Shown piece after piece: positions 28,663-38,140 of a stretch of DNA of 64,000 nucleotides (positions are counted from its first letter, which is position 1; each line of letters starts with the position of its first letter). The position numbers were made by a program, and so were the translations under genes. Under the pieces are notes generated by a model. It saw only the letters and a list, made by a program, of their open reading frames with translations. It was not told the origin of the DNA and did no database searches. This stretch comes from Bacillota bacterium. GTDB taxonomy: Bacteria > Bacillota > Clostridia > Peptostreptococcales > Anaerovoracaceae. The stretch spans positions 2,693 through 66,692 of the forward strand of contig JAQYCQ010000036.1 of assembly GCA_028724585.1 (NCBI GenBank), written 5' to 3'.

Positions 28663-28696
28663 ATAGGACCGCACGGTCCTGGGAGGTGATTGAACA

Positions 28697-31162
28697 ATGG
28701 CTGATAATGAAAAGAATCTTTCAGACGCTCCGGAAAACGAAGCGATGATGGACAGCCAGATAACTCCTCTTCATGGAGAAATAACAGATACAGAAGACAT
28801 CGAGGACCTGGTACATATCGTCGAAGACGATGATGACGGACTGCCAGTGATACCTCTTAGAGGTGTTACTATCTTTCCGACCATGCTCCTCCATTTCGAC
28901 GTAGGCAGGGAAAAATCCATAAGCGCTCTTGAGAACGCTATGATGAACGACCAGAAGGTATTCCTTATCACCCAGAAGAACGCTGAGACGGATCTGCCTA
29001 CAGAAGAAGATTTTTACGAAGTCGGCACTACAGCCCACATCAAGCAGATGCTGCGCCTGCCGGGCAACTCTATCAGAGTCCTCGCTGAAGGCATTTCAAG
29101 AGGCCGCATAGAGCACATGATACATGAAGTGCCTTTCTTCAAGGCGAGGATAGAAACTCTCCGTGATGTAGTCAGGGAGGAGGATGAGATCCGCGTGACT
29201 GCCCTGCGCAGAGTAGTTCTCGAGCAGTTCAGGGAATACCTGAACTATTCGCAGAAAGTCTCGTCTGAGATCTACCCGGGCATCGAAGCTATAGAAGACT
29301 CAGGCAGGATGGCAGACATCATCACATCGCATCTCGACATCAGCATGGATGACAAAGAAGCCGTCCTTTCATGCATAGATGTAAGGGACAGGCTCGAGAG
29401 AGTCAGCGACATAATACTCAAGGAAATCGAAGTGACCAAGATCGAAAGCGAGATCGCCGAGAAAGTAAGGTCAAATATTTCCGAGAGCCAGAAGGAATAT
29501 TTCCTCAGGGAACAGATAAGGACGATACAGCAGGAGCTGGGACAGGACGAGACTCTCGACGAGGAAGTCGAAAAATGGCTGGCTAAGCTGGAAGAACTGG
29601 ACCTCGACCAGCCGGTACACGACAAGATAGAGAAAGAGATAAAGCGTGTCCGCAAGCTGCAGCCGCAGTCGCCTGACGTATCCGTCATGAGGACATACAT
29701 AGAGCTCGTCCTCGGGCTGCCGTGGCACGAATCGACCAGGGACCGTCTGGACCTCAAGAAAATGCAGAAGATCCTCGACGAAGACCACTACGGCCTCGAA
29801 AAGGTCAAGGAAAGGATCATCGAGTACATGGCAGTAAGGATCCTCTCAAAGGACTTCAAGGGTCATATACTCTGCCTGGTAGGACCTCCGGGAGTCGGCA
29901 AGACTTCCATAGCCAGGTCTGTAGCCAGATCTATGAACCGTAAATTCGTCCGTATGTCGCTGGGCGGCGTACGCGATGAAGCTGAGATCAGGGGCCACAG
30001 AAGGACTTATGTCGGCGCTATTCCGGGACGCATCATATCGTCGATAAACGATGCCGGCGTTAACAATCCTGTATTCCTGCTCGACGAGATAGACAAGGTG
30101 GGAAGCGACTACAGAGGAGATCCGGCTTCGGCTCTTCTGGAAGCTCTCGACCCTGAGCAGAACAGCGATTTCAAGGATCACTATCTCGACGTTCCGTTCG
30201 ACCTGTCGCACGTGCTCTTCATTACGACTGCCAATACGACAGATACGATCCCGGGACCTCTGCTCGACAGGATGGATATAATCCAGCTGGCAAGCTATAC
30301 GCTCGAGGAAAAGGTCAAGATCGCCGAGCAGCACCTGGTGCCTAAGCAGATAAAGGAAAACGGTCTCAAGGCCAGCCAGATCACTTTCTCCGAGGGAGCT
30401 GTCAGGGGCATGATCAACTACTACACGAGAGAAGCCGGCGTGCGTAACCTGGAGAGGACGATCGGAAAGATCTGCCGCAAGGCTGCCAGAAAGATCGTCG
30501 AAGGAGGCGCTTCAGAAAAGAAGAAGAACCACCGTATCACAGCGGGCAACCTCACTTCGTATCTGGGGAAAAAGCTGGCCGACTACGATAAGATAGAGCC
30601 GGGCAGCGAGGTCGGCGTGACTACAGGCATGGCCTGGACAGCTGTCGGCGGCGTGACTCTCTTCATAGAGACAGGCGTCATGCACGGCACAGGCAAGCTC
30701 ATGCTCACGGGTCAGATGGGCGATGTGATGCAGGAATCAGCCAAGATAGCGCTTTCAGTCATAAGGGAGCGTTCTGACAAGCTGGGCCTGCCGTCCGACT
30801 TCTACGAGAAGAACGATATCCACATCCATATCCCTGAAGGAGCTACCCCTAAGGACGGCCCTTCAGCAGGCGTAACTATGTGCACGTCTATGGTATCCGC
30901 GCTCACCAACACTCCTGCCAGGAGAGAAGTCGCCATGACAGGCGAGATAACCCTGAGAGGCAAAGTCCTTCCTATAGGCGGAGTCAAGGAAAAGGTCATC
31001 GCGGCCCATCGCGCGGGCGCGGTCGAGATACTCCTTCCTGAAGACAACATGAAGGATATAGACGAGCTGCCGGCAAACGTACGCAACAGCCTGACATTCA
31101 AGCCGCTCAAGACTATCGACGACGTATTCGAAGAAGTTCTCGTAAAGAAACAGGATTCATAA
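28697..31162 (+). CDS. lon: Lon protease (LonA)
   Basis: LON N-domain, GPPGVGKTS, and the PKDGPSAG active-site Ser. Confidence 0.95.
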   Translation: MADNEKNLSDAPENEAMMDSQITPLHGEITDTEDIEDLVHIVEDDDDGLPVIPLRGVTIFPTMLLHFDVGREKSISALENAMMNDQKVFLITQKNAETDLPTEEDFYEVGTTAHIKQMLRLPGNSIRVLAEGISRGRIEHMIHEVPFFKARIETLRDVVREEDEIRVTALRRVVLEQFREYLNYSQKVSSEIYPGIEAIEDSGRMADIITSHLDISMDDKEAVLSCIDVRDRLERVSDIILKEIEVTKIESEIAEKVRSNISESQKEYFLREQIRTIQQELGQDETLDEEVEKWLAKLEELDLDQPVHDKIEKEIKRVRKLQPQSPDVSVMRTYIELVLGLPWHESTRDRLDLKKMQKILDEDHYGLEKVKERIIEYMAVRILSKDFKGHILCLVGPPGVGKTSIARSVARSMNRKFVRMSLGGVRDEAEIRGHRRTYVGAIPGRIISSINDAGVNNPVFLLDEIDKVGSDYRGDPASALLEALDPEQNSDFKDHYLDVPFDLSHVLFITTANTTDTIPGPLLDRMDIIQLASYTLEEKVKIAEQHLVPKQIKENGLKASQITFSEGAVRGMINYYTREAGVRNLERTIGKICRKAARKIVEGGASEKKKNHRITAGNLTSYLGKKLADYDKIEPGSEVGVTTGMAWTAVGGVTLFIETGVMHGTGKLMLTGQMGDVMQESAKIALSVIRERSDKLGLPSDFYEKNDIHIHIPEGATPKDGPSAGVTMCTSMVSALTNTPARREVAMTGEITLRGKVLPIGGVKEKVIAAHRAGAVEILLPEDNMKDIDELPANVRNSLTFKPLKTIDDVFEEVLVKKQDS

Positions 31163-31163
31163 C

Positions 31164-31784
31164 ATGATCATAAAAAAAGCGGAGCTCCGCTGTGTTGCGG
31201 TGCGGGAGAACCAGTATCCTCCCGCCGACCTGCCCGAGATCGCTTTCGCGGGCAGGTCCAATGTCGGAAAATCTACGCTGCTGAACTACCTGACCAACCG
31301 TAAAAAGCTGGCCAGGGTCAGCGGCAGCCCGGGCAAGACCCGTACTATCAACTTCTATGAGATAAACGACAAGCTCAGGATCGTCGATCTGCCGGGCTAC
31401 GGATATGCTAAAACCTCAAAATCCCTTACTCAGGGATGGGGCAAGATGATGGAAGACTACCTGGGCAGCCGTCCTAATCTCGTAGCGGTCGTCCAGCTGG
31501 TGGACTCCCGCCACGACCCCACGGCGCAGGATGTCCAGATGTACCAGTATCTTCAGTACTACAATCTCGATGGCATAGTGGCTGCTACAAAATCCGACAA
31601 GATTTCAAGGAATGAAAAGCAGAAGAACGGCAGCCGCATCCGCAGGACTCTCGGCATGGGAGCCGATGACAAGCTCATCTTCATATCGGCCCTTAAAAAG
31701 ACAGGCGGGGACGAGCTGTCCGACGAGCTCGAACGCCTGGCGGACGAATTCACAGCCGCGGGAAGCTCTCCGCGCACATACTGA
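31164..31784 (+). CDS. engB: Ribosome-biogenesis GTPase YihA/YsxC
   Basis: GRSNVGKST, DLPGYG and TKSDK. Confidence 0.93.
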   Translation: MIIKKAELRCVAVRENQYPPADLPEIAFAGRSNVGKSTLLNYLTNRKKLARVSGSPGKTRTINFYEINDKLRIVDLPGYGYAKTSKSLTQGWGKMMEDYLGSRPNLVAVVQLVDSRHDPTAQDVQMYQYLQYYNLDGIVAATKSDKISRNEKQKNGSRIRRTLGMGADDKLIFISALKKTGGDELSDELERLADEFTAAGSSPRTY

Positions 31785-31829
31785 TCGGCCGGCACAGCTT
31801 AAACTGCCGGCTTGCGGAGGTGTCTGACC

Positions 31830-32180
31830 ATGTTCCATTCCGTGGTTAAGTTCTTTTCGCGCTTCAGGTACATAAAAAGATTTATGCAGGACCCTGAAAC
31901 GCCAAAGAAAAAGAAATTTTTGATTATTTTTGGTATAATATATCTATTATCCCCAATTGATCTGGTCCCGGAACCGGTATTCGGAGTCGGATTTATAGAC
32001 GATATCATCCTATGGGTATTTCTCATCACATATCTGGGCGCGAGCCTGGATAAGTACGAGGAAGCAGAGCCCCTGCCGAGGAGAAGACGCCGTAAATTCG
32101 AAGGCAAAGACGTATACGAAGCCGAGGGCAGAGTAGTTGAGGATGAAGAAGAATCAGAGGGAGAGAGAAAAAGTGATTAA
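31830..32180 (+). CDS. DUF1232 (YkvA-like) membrane protein
   Basis: YLLSPIDLVPEPVFGVGFIDD. ATG 31830 lies 8 nt after GGAGGTG. Confidence 0.75.
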   Translation: MFHSVVKFFSRFRYIKRFMQDPETPKKKKFLIIFGIIYLLSPIDLVPEPVFGVGFIDDIILWVFLITYLGASLDKYEEAEPLPRRRRRKFEGKDVYEAEGRVVEDEEESEGERKSD

Positions 32181-32718
32181 CGTACCTGGTTATGAGCTGG
32201 GCGATGTACTCTTATCGGCCGAGCAGATCCACAAACGCGTAGCTGAGCTCGGAAAGCAGATATCTGCTGACTACGCGGGCAAAAAGATTACAGTAGTAGG
32301 AATCCTCAAGGGTTCTCTGGTGTTCATGTCCGACCTCATCCGTGAGATAGACGGAGATGTCGAGATAGACTTCATGGAAGTTTCGAGCTACGGCAACAGC
32401 ACGACATCCTCAGGCAATGTCCGCATAGTAAAGGACATGGATATTTCGCCGGCAGGCAAAAACATCCTTATCGTCGAGGATATAGTGGACACCGGCAATA
32501 CGCTGAAATACCTGAAGGATACGTTCCTCAAGAGCAAAAATCCAGAATCAGTAAAGATCGTTACACTCCTGGACAAGCCTGCGCGCAGAGGTGCCGACAT
32601 AGTTCCGGATTACTGCGGTTTTACTGTCGGAGACGTATTCATCGTAGGCTACGGGCTCGACTATGCCCAGCAGCTCAGACAGCTGCCGTATATCGCTTAT
32701 CTTAAGGAAAAGAAATAA
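32173..32718 (+). CDS. hpt: Hypoxanthine phosphoribosyltransferase
   Basis: GILKGS..F..DL and the PRPP loop LIVEDIVDTGNTL. I chose GTG 32173 for a typical length of 181 aa. ATG 32137 and ATG 32143 are alternatives. Confidence 0.9.
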   Translation: MINVPGYELGDVLLSAEQIHKRVAELGKQISADYAGKKITVVGILKGSLVFMSDLIREIDGDVEIDFMEVSSYGNSTTSSGNVRIVKDMDISPAGKNILIVEDIVDTGNTLKYLKDTFLKSKNPESVKIVTLLDKPARRGADIVPDYCGFTVGDVFIVGYGLDYAQQLRQLPYIAYLKEKK

Positions 32719-32818
32719 CAGTTTCCGGAACGGCTTTTTTGCGAGATCATGTATTTACGCACGAACGAATGACGCGTACAGGCAGCGCTCGCGCGCAGAA
32801 GTGCCTCCGGCAGCGCCC

Positions 32819-32833
32819 GCGGACGGAGTCCGC
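32819..32833. repeat. GC hairpin with a GGA triloop
   Basis: GCGGAC-GGA-GTCCGC, 11 nt outside the left inverted-repeat arm. Confidence 0.75.
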
Positions 32834-32844
32834 AATGTCCGCGC

Positions 32845-32959
32845 GTGACCCTAACACAGTGATTGCCAAGCTGAAAGCGAAGGCAGAACTGATGTAGGGT
32901 CTGTGCAAAGCCGGCCCGCGAATTTACAGCATTAGCATGAGCGGCTAGCCGGCGACTGC
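32845..32959 (+). repeat. Left arm of the 115-bp inverted repeat
   Basis: gtgaccctaacacagtgattgcc...ggctagccggcgactgc matches the reverse complement of 37849-37963 at 109/115 positions. Confidence 0.9.
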
Positions 32960-33067
32960 GGAGCGGTCGTAAATGTAAATACAGATCCGCGAAACCGGAC
33001 TGTTAATATGGTTCCTTCGATCTGAGCATACGAGTTGTATCATCTTGTTTAAGGAAGGAAAATAACT

Positions 33068-33640
33068 ATGGGTTACAAGGTTCCTGCCGGAATTTCAGGC
33101 AGACATATTCATTTAACTGAATCACAGTTCGAAAAGCTTTTCGGTAAGGGTAAAGAACTGACTGTGATGAAACCTCTTACACAGCCGAGACAGTTTGCGG
33201 CAGAAGAGAAGGTGGATATCGTAGGTCCCAGAGGTACTCTTAAAGATGTAAGGATCATAGGGCCTTACAGGGAGCACCAGCAGATAGAGCTGAGCATGAC
33301 AGACTGCTTCAACTCGGGGATAGAGCCTGTGCTCAGAGTGTCAGGTCATTACGAGGGAACTCCGGGATGCAAAGTCATAGGACCTGCGGGAGAGCTTGAC
33401 CTTGAAGACGGAGTCATGGTAAACAAGAGGCACCTGCATCTTTCCGCAAAGCAGGCTGAGGAAGCCGGTCTCAAAGACGGGCAGCTGGTAAAGATCAGAT
33501 TTGCCGGGGATCGCGGCATCGTCTTCGAAAATGTTGTAGTCAGAGCCGGAGACGGCAATGAGCTTGATTTCCACCTCGATATAGATGAAGCCAATTCGGG
33601 ATGTATCCATACCGGCGATATCGGCGAGATCGTGGAATAA
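33068..33640 (+). CDS. pduL: Phosphate propanoyltransferase / phosphotransacylase PduL
   Basis: Two PduL repeats: VPAGISGRHIHLT...QFAAEE and VNKRHLHLS...HLDIDEAN. Confidence 0.88.
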   Translation: MGYKVPAGISGRHIHLTESQFEKLFGKGKELTVMKPLTQPRQFAAEEKVDIVGPRGTLKDVRIIGPYREHQQIELSMTDCFNSGIEPVLRVSGHYEGTPGCKVIGPAGELDLEDGVMVNKRHLHLSAKQAEEAGLKDGQLVKIRFAGDRGIVFENVVVRAGDGNELDFHLDIDEANSGCIHTGDIGEIVE

Positions 33641-33669
33641 AAATAAATTATCTGGGAGTAAAATAAAAC

Positions 33670-34311
33670 ATGGAAGATTTAAATCGTTTAATCGAGTATA
33701 CTAACGTGAAATTCGGCGCTGGCATCGGCGACATCAGATCGCTTTGCACACAGGCCATCCTTCACAAGTACAGAGCGGTATGCGTAAACAGCGCGTTCGT
33801 TGAGCCTGCTTTCAAGGAGCTCAGGGAGCATCCTGAGGTTATCATCGTATCGACAGCAGGTTTCCCTCTGGGAGCAGCTTCAGCGAGAGCCAAGATCTAC
33901 GAAGCTATCGTAGCGGGCGAGGAAAACGCCAAGGAGATAGACTACGTCCTCAACATCGGTTATGTAAAGGAACGTAAGGATAAGGAAACACGCAGCGAGA
34001 TAAAGCAGATAGTCCGCAACACTATGGGACTCTGCGACGTAAAGATCATCATAGAAGCTCCGGCCCTCACAGAGGAAGAGATAGTAAGGGTAAGCACTAT
34101 CGCGGCAGAGGAAGGCGCTGCCTACATCAAGACAGCTACAGGCTTCCACGGCGCTACTACTCCGGAGATGGTATCCCTGATCAGGAGAACTGTCGGTGAC
34201 AAGTGCAAGATCAAGGCTGCCGGCGGCATCAAGACCAGCGAAGACGTAATGAAGATGGTAAGGGCAGGCGCTGATACTATCGGAACTTCAACTCTGATCG
34301 AGTTCGAGTAA
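33670..34311 (+). CDS. deoC: Deoxyribose-phosphate aldolase
   Basis: AYIKTATGF (Schiff-base Lys) and KAAGGI. Confidence 0.9.
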   Translation: MEDLNRLIEYTNVKFGAGIGDIRSLCTQAILHKYRAVCVNSAFVEPAFKELREHPEVIIVSTAGFPLGAASARAKIYEAIVAGEENAKEIDYVLNIGYVKERKDKETRSEIKQIVRNTMGLCDVKIIIEAPALTEEEIVRVSTIAAEEGAAYIKTATGFHGATTPEMVSLIRRTVGDKCKIKAAGGIKTSEDVMKMVRAGADTIGTSTLIEFE

Positions 34312-34371
34312 GATCGGACGGATATGCATGATATCCAGTCAGGATCTGGATCATTGATATTATGGAAACAT

Positions 34372-34402
34372 AAAAACCCGCGGTCTTTTGGACCGCGGGT
34401 TT
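34372..34402. terminator. Bidirectional terminator between deoC and the AbrB-family gene
   Basis: AAACCCGCGGTC-ttttg-GACCGCGGGTTT, with a T-run on the - strand. Confidence 0.75.
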
Positions 34403-34457
34403 CTGCATATCAGCCGCTGGATAAAGCCAGCCGGCGTCTATGAAATTTTCAGCTGAA

Positions 34458-34706
34458 CTAGAGCTCTTCGTTCTTGAGCTCGGCGATGCAGTTAGCGCAT
34501 ACATTCTTGCCGTGGATGACACGGACGTCTTTTGCATTTCCGCAGAAGATGCATGCAGGCTCGTACTTCTTGAGCATGATATAATCGCCGTCTACAAAGA
34601 TCTCGATAGGGTCGTGGATGTTGATGTTGAGGTTTCGTCTGAGCTCGATAGGAAGTACGATTCTGCCGAGTTCATCGACTTTTCTTACTATACCAGTTGC
34701 TTTCAC
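34458..34706 (-). CDS. AbrB/SpoVT-family DNA-binding protein with a C-terminal Cys-rich tail
   Basis: The N-terminus MKATGIVRKVDELGRIVLPIELRR is the swapped-hairpin AbrB fold signature. The tail carries CIFCG...CANC. GTG start after GGAGA. Confidence 0.88.
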   Translation of the reverse strand: MKATGIVRKVDELGRIVLPIELRRNLNINIHDPIEIFVDGDYIMLKKYEPACIFCGNAKDVRVIHGKNVCANCIAELKNEEL

Positions 34707-34820
34707 AGTTGATCTCCTTTAAATTCTATCTAATTGCAAGATTGATATAAGTCATAGGTTAAAATATATGATCCTTCTCAGGATTAACCCATTATATGTA
34801 ATAAATTAACCTTAGTCAAG

Positions 34821-35141
34821 TCATTTTGTGCCAAATAATTGTTTAATCGCAACCACAGCATTTATGAAGCTGACTAATGCTTTTACAGTGCTTTTGTTGT
34901 TTTTTATGAATTCGGTCATGTCTTCTGTGCTGTCCATGATGGATGTAACAGCGTCCTCGGCGCCTGAAGCGGCGTTGGCAGCCATACCAGTCAGCTGGCC
35001 GGCGTCCTCAGTGATCTTCTGAACGTTCTTCAGCGTCGGGAGAAGAGCCCTTACCACGCGTATGAGATATATCAGAAGCAGTATGACGCATATGCCGATG
35101 ATCAGAAGCAGCCCATCCTTTAGAGTTAAAGCTGTGTCCAT
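34821..35141 (-). CDS. DUF948-like small membrane-anchored protein
   Basis: One N-terminal TM helix followed by a helical Ala-rich segment, 106 aa. Confidence 0.6.
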   Translation of the reverse strand: MDTALTLKDGLLLIIGICVILLLIYLIRVVRALLPTLKNVQKITEDAGQLTGMAANAASGAEDAVTSIMDSTEDMTEFIKNNKSTVKALVSFINAVVAIKQLFGTK

Positions 35142-35444
35142 GTAATGATAAACTCCTCATTCAGCTGAAAGAAACAGGTTCTGCTTTTAAAAATTTAATA
35201 TAATTATCATAAATTAATTAAAACACATTTTTGGATATTTTTCAAGAAAACAGGGAAAAGATACACTTTTCTGCAAGTTAGATTTCGGTAAATGCGCATA
35301 TTGTTATGTATAGCCGATTGATGTATAATAGATGAACGATTGGACCAAGAAAAATTCGGCTGGATTAAGAGAACAGCCGGTATCGAAAATGATGATCGCG
35401 GCGGCCGGCCGGTCGTGCGTTTTTATATTTACGGAGGGATTAAG

Positions 35445-36716
35445 TTGGCAAAATTTCTGGTTGAGAACAGAGGACCGCTTCACGGCGAAGTGACTATAAG
35501 CGGCTCAAAAAACTCGGTACTTCCGATCATGGCGGCTACGCTGCTGTCCGATGACGAATGTACGATACTCGACGTTCCCGCGCTCAGGGACGTGGAAGTA
35601 ATGTGCGAGATCCTGGAGAGCGTAGGGGCTACAGTTGAAAAGGATTACCCGAGCGGCAAGATCACCATCGGAGCGGGAAACAAGCTGAAGAACGAGACTC
35701 CTCCAGATCTGGTAAAGAGAATGAGAGCGTCCATCCTTACTATGGGACCTCTTCTCGCGAGGGACGGAAGCGCGAGAGCTGCCCTCCCGGGAGGCTGCGC
35801 TATAGGCGCCAGGCCTATAGACCTTCATCTCAAAGGCTTTGAGATCATGGGCGCTACTATAGATTACGAGGAAAAACAGGGATACGTTATCGCCAAGACA
35901 GACGGCAGGCTGCACGGAGGCCGCATCTATCTCGATTACCCGAGCGTAGGCGCCACAGAGAACATCATGTCCGCTGCTGCTCTGGCAGACGGTACCACTA
36001 TCATAGAAAACGTGGCTCAGGAGCCTGAGATCGTCGATCTGGCCAACTACCTCAATAAGATGGGAGCCAGAGTAAAGGGCGCGGGCACAGACGTGATCAA
36101 GATCGAAGGCGTAGAGCATCTCCACGGCACTACACACCACGTCATCCCTGACAGGATAGAGACAGGCACATTTATGGTAGCGGCAGCTATCACAAGAGGA
36201 AACGTACTGGTGAAGAACGTAGTTCCTGACCACGTAAGGCCTGTCATCGCCAAGCTGACAGAGTGCGGATGCGTAGTAGAGGAAGAGCCTGAAGGACTCA
36301 GGGTAAGAGGCGATGTCAACCAGCTGGTCGGCACAGATATAAAGACTTTACCGTATCCTGGATTCCCGACCGACATGCAGTCGCCGTTCATGGCTTTCCT
36401 GACTACTGTACACGGAGTCAGCACAGTGACAGAGACTGTATTCGAGAACAGGTACATGCATATCACAGAGCTCAACCGTATGGGAGCAGGTATCATGATA
36501 GAAGGCAAGAGCGCCATCGTTCCGGGAGACGCAAAGCTCCACGGAGCTCAGGTAGTATCCACTGACCTGAGAGCGGGAGCGGCTCTGGTACTCGCGGGCC
36601 TGACTGCCGACGGCCAGACCGAGATCGCTGAGATCCGCCATATAGAAAGAGGCTATTCAGAGTTCGCTGAAAAGCTCAAGGGCCTGGGCGCGTCTATCGA
36701 GCGTGTCGAAAACTAG
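35445..36716 (+). CDS. murA: UDP-N-acetylglucosamine 1-carboxyvinyltransferase
   Basis: TTG 35445 follows GGAGGG and gives [24 protein letters not shown], a typical MurA N-terminus. The ORF track start at 35340 would add an atypical 35 aa. Confidence 0.92.
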   Translation: MAKFLVENRGPLHGEVTISGSKNSVLPIMAATLLSDDECTILDVPALRDVEVMCEILESVGATVEKDYPSGKITIGAGNKLKNETPPDLVKRMRASILTMGPLLARDGSARAALPGGCAIGARPIDLHLKGFEIMGATIDYEEKQGYVIAKTDGRLHGGRIYLDYPSVGATENIMSAAALADGTTIIENVAQEPEIVDLANYLNKMGARVKGAGTDVIKIEGVEHLHGTTHHVIPDRIETGTFMVAAAITRGNVLVKNVVPDHVRPVIAKLTECGCVVEEEPEGLRVRGDVNQLVGTDIKTLPYPGFPTDMQSPFMAFLTTVHGVSTVTETVFENRYMHITELNRMGAGIMIEGKSAIVPGDAKLHGAQVVSTDLRAGAALVLAGLTADGQTEIAEIRHIERGYSEFAEKLKGLGASIERVEN

Positions 36717-36747
36717 AGAACGATTCTTTTAATATAAAGATATCCGG

Positions 36748-36776
36748 CAGCCGCTGATCTCCAGCGGCTGTCTTTT
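36748..36776 (+). terminator. murA terminator
   Basis: CAGCCGCTG-atctc-CAGCGGCTG followed by tctttt. Confidence 0.7.
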
Positions 36777-36812
36777 ACTAAGTACCTTTTTACTGAGACC
36801 GAGGAAAAGATT

Positions 36813-37799
36813 ATGGGAAAGACGATCGTATATAACTACAGAGCCGATGAGGACAAGTATTTCAAGTACTACACGCCCAAGCTGGGCATAGAGCTGGTCA
36901 AGGTGCTGGAAAGGCCTGACGAGGGGAACGCCCGCCTGGCACAGGGCTGCGACCAGGTGACGGTCCTCACCGACGCCGATGTTACTGAGCCGATGATAAA
37001 GATCTACGCGGAATGCGGGGTCAAGCTCATCACCACCAGGACCATAGGCGCTGACCACATAGACATGAAGGCCGCTAAAAAGTACGGCATAGCGGTATCC
37101 CGCATAACCTATTCGCCTTACAGCGTGGCTGACTATACGATCATGCTGATGCTCATGGTGCAGAGGCACGTAAAGACCATAGTTTCCAGATACTACGGCC
37201 AGGATTACACCATCCTCGGCAGCATGGGCCAGGAGCTGCCGGGCAAAACGGTGGGCATCATAGGCGGAGGCCGTATAGGCAGGGCAGTAGCCAGGCATCT
37301 GAGAGGCTTCGACTGCAGGATCCTCATGAGCGACCACCATCCTTCTGATGAGCTGGAAGGCATAGTAGAGTACTGCGATCTCGACAGGATCATAGAGGAG
37401 AGCGATATAATCTCGCTTCACGTTCCATACACAGAAGCCAATCACCACATGATAAACGCCGACACCATCGCCCGTATGAAGGACGGAGTCATCATCATCA
37501 ATACAGCCCGTGGAGGACTGATAGACACAGGCGCCCTTATCGACGCTATAGAGAGCGGCAAGGTGGGCGGCGCCGGTCTTGACCTGGTGGAAGGCGACAG
37601 AACAGTCTACTACAGGGATTTCAAGGATCAGGTCTTCAGCTTCAGGGAAAAGGCCATACTCGACTCTTTCCCTAATGTCATCATGATGCCCCATATGGCC
37701 TTCTACACTGACCAGGTGGTAGATGACATGATCCGCTATACTCTTGAGGACTGCGTAAACTTCTTAGAGGGTAAGGAACTTCCATTCAGGCTGGTATAA
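36813..37799 (+). CDS. D-isomer-specific 2-hydroxyacid dehydrogenase (D-lactate dehydrogenase-like)
   Basis: GIIGGGRIGRAVA NAD-binding fold, ...INTARG, and MPHMAF (catalytic His). Confidence 0.85.
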   Translation: MGKTIVYNYRADEDKYFKYYTPKLGIELVKVLERPDEGNARLAQGCDQVTVLTDADVTEPMIKIYAECGVKLITTRTIGADHIDMKAAKKYGIAVSRITYSPYSVADYTIMLMLMVQRHVKTIVSRYYGQDYTILGSMGQELPGKTVGIIGGGRIGRAVARHLRGFDCRILMSDHHPSDELEGIVEYCDLDRIIEESDIISLHVPYTEANHHMINADTIARMKDGVIIINTARGGLIDTGALIDAIESGKVGGAGLDLVEGDRTVYYRDFKDQVFSFREKAILDSFPNVIMMPHMAFYTDQVVDDMIRYTLEDCVNFLEGKELPFRLV

Positions 37800-37848
37800 A
37801 AACAGGATCCCGCGACCGTTCGACCGCTCACGCGGACAGAGACGCTGA

Positions 37849-37963
37849 GCAGTCGCCGGCTAGCCGCTCATGCAGGTATTGTAAATTCGCGGGCCGGCTT
37901 TGCACAGACCCTACATCAGTTCTTCCTTCGCTTTCAGCTTGGCAATCACTGTGTTAGGGTCAC
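37849..37963 (-). repeat. Right arm of the 115-bp inverted repeat
   Basis: This is the reverse complement of 32845-32959. It has 6 mismatches, 5 of them clustered in one 7-nt patch (gcattag vs atacctg). Confidence 0.9.
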
Positions 37964-37988
37964 GGCGCGTAAACCGCCGCAGGCGTAT

Positions 37989-38003
37989 GTGAGCGGAGCT
38001 CAC
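37989..38003. repeat. GC hairpin with a GGA triloop
   Basis: GTGAGC-GGA-GCTCAC, 25 nt outside the right arm. The 14-bp palindrome gccgggcgcccggc follows it. Confidence 0.75.
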
Positions 38004-38035
38004 GCCGGGCGCCCGGCATGAGCATAATAAAGATA

Positions 38036-38072
38036 CTAAAAAAGGAGACCCTCAGCCGCGGGTCTCCTTTTT
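38036..38072. terminator. Bidirectional terminator (murC on the - strand; the dehydrogenase gene on the + strand)
   Basis: aaaaaAGGAGACCC-tcagccgc-GGGTCTCCTtttt. Confidence 0.75.
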
Positions 38073-38140
38073 CGCTCCTGCCCCGGCACAGGGCCGGGCG
38101 CGGAGCGGTATTTTTAATATTTGTTTTTCAGATTGCCAGA

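Noticed and set aside
26678-28696. CtsR or CIRCE heat-shock operators upstream of clpP, clpX or lon
   Set aside because: I found no GGTCAAA direct repeats and no TTAGCACTC-N9-GAGTGCTAA inverted repeat in the short spacers. The only structures there are a terminator at the clpX stop codon and a 7-bp hairpin (aggaccg/cggtcct).
32845-37963. Composite transposon or genomic island bounded by the 115-bp inverted repeats
   Set aside because: There is no transposase, integrase or recombinase in or beside the block. Its cargo is core metabolism and cell-wall genes (murA, deoC), and I saw no obvious target-site duplication outside the arms.
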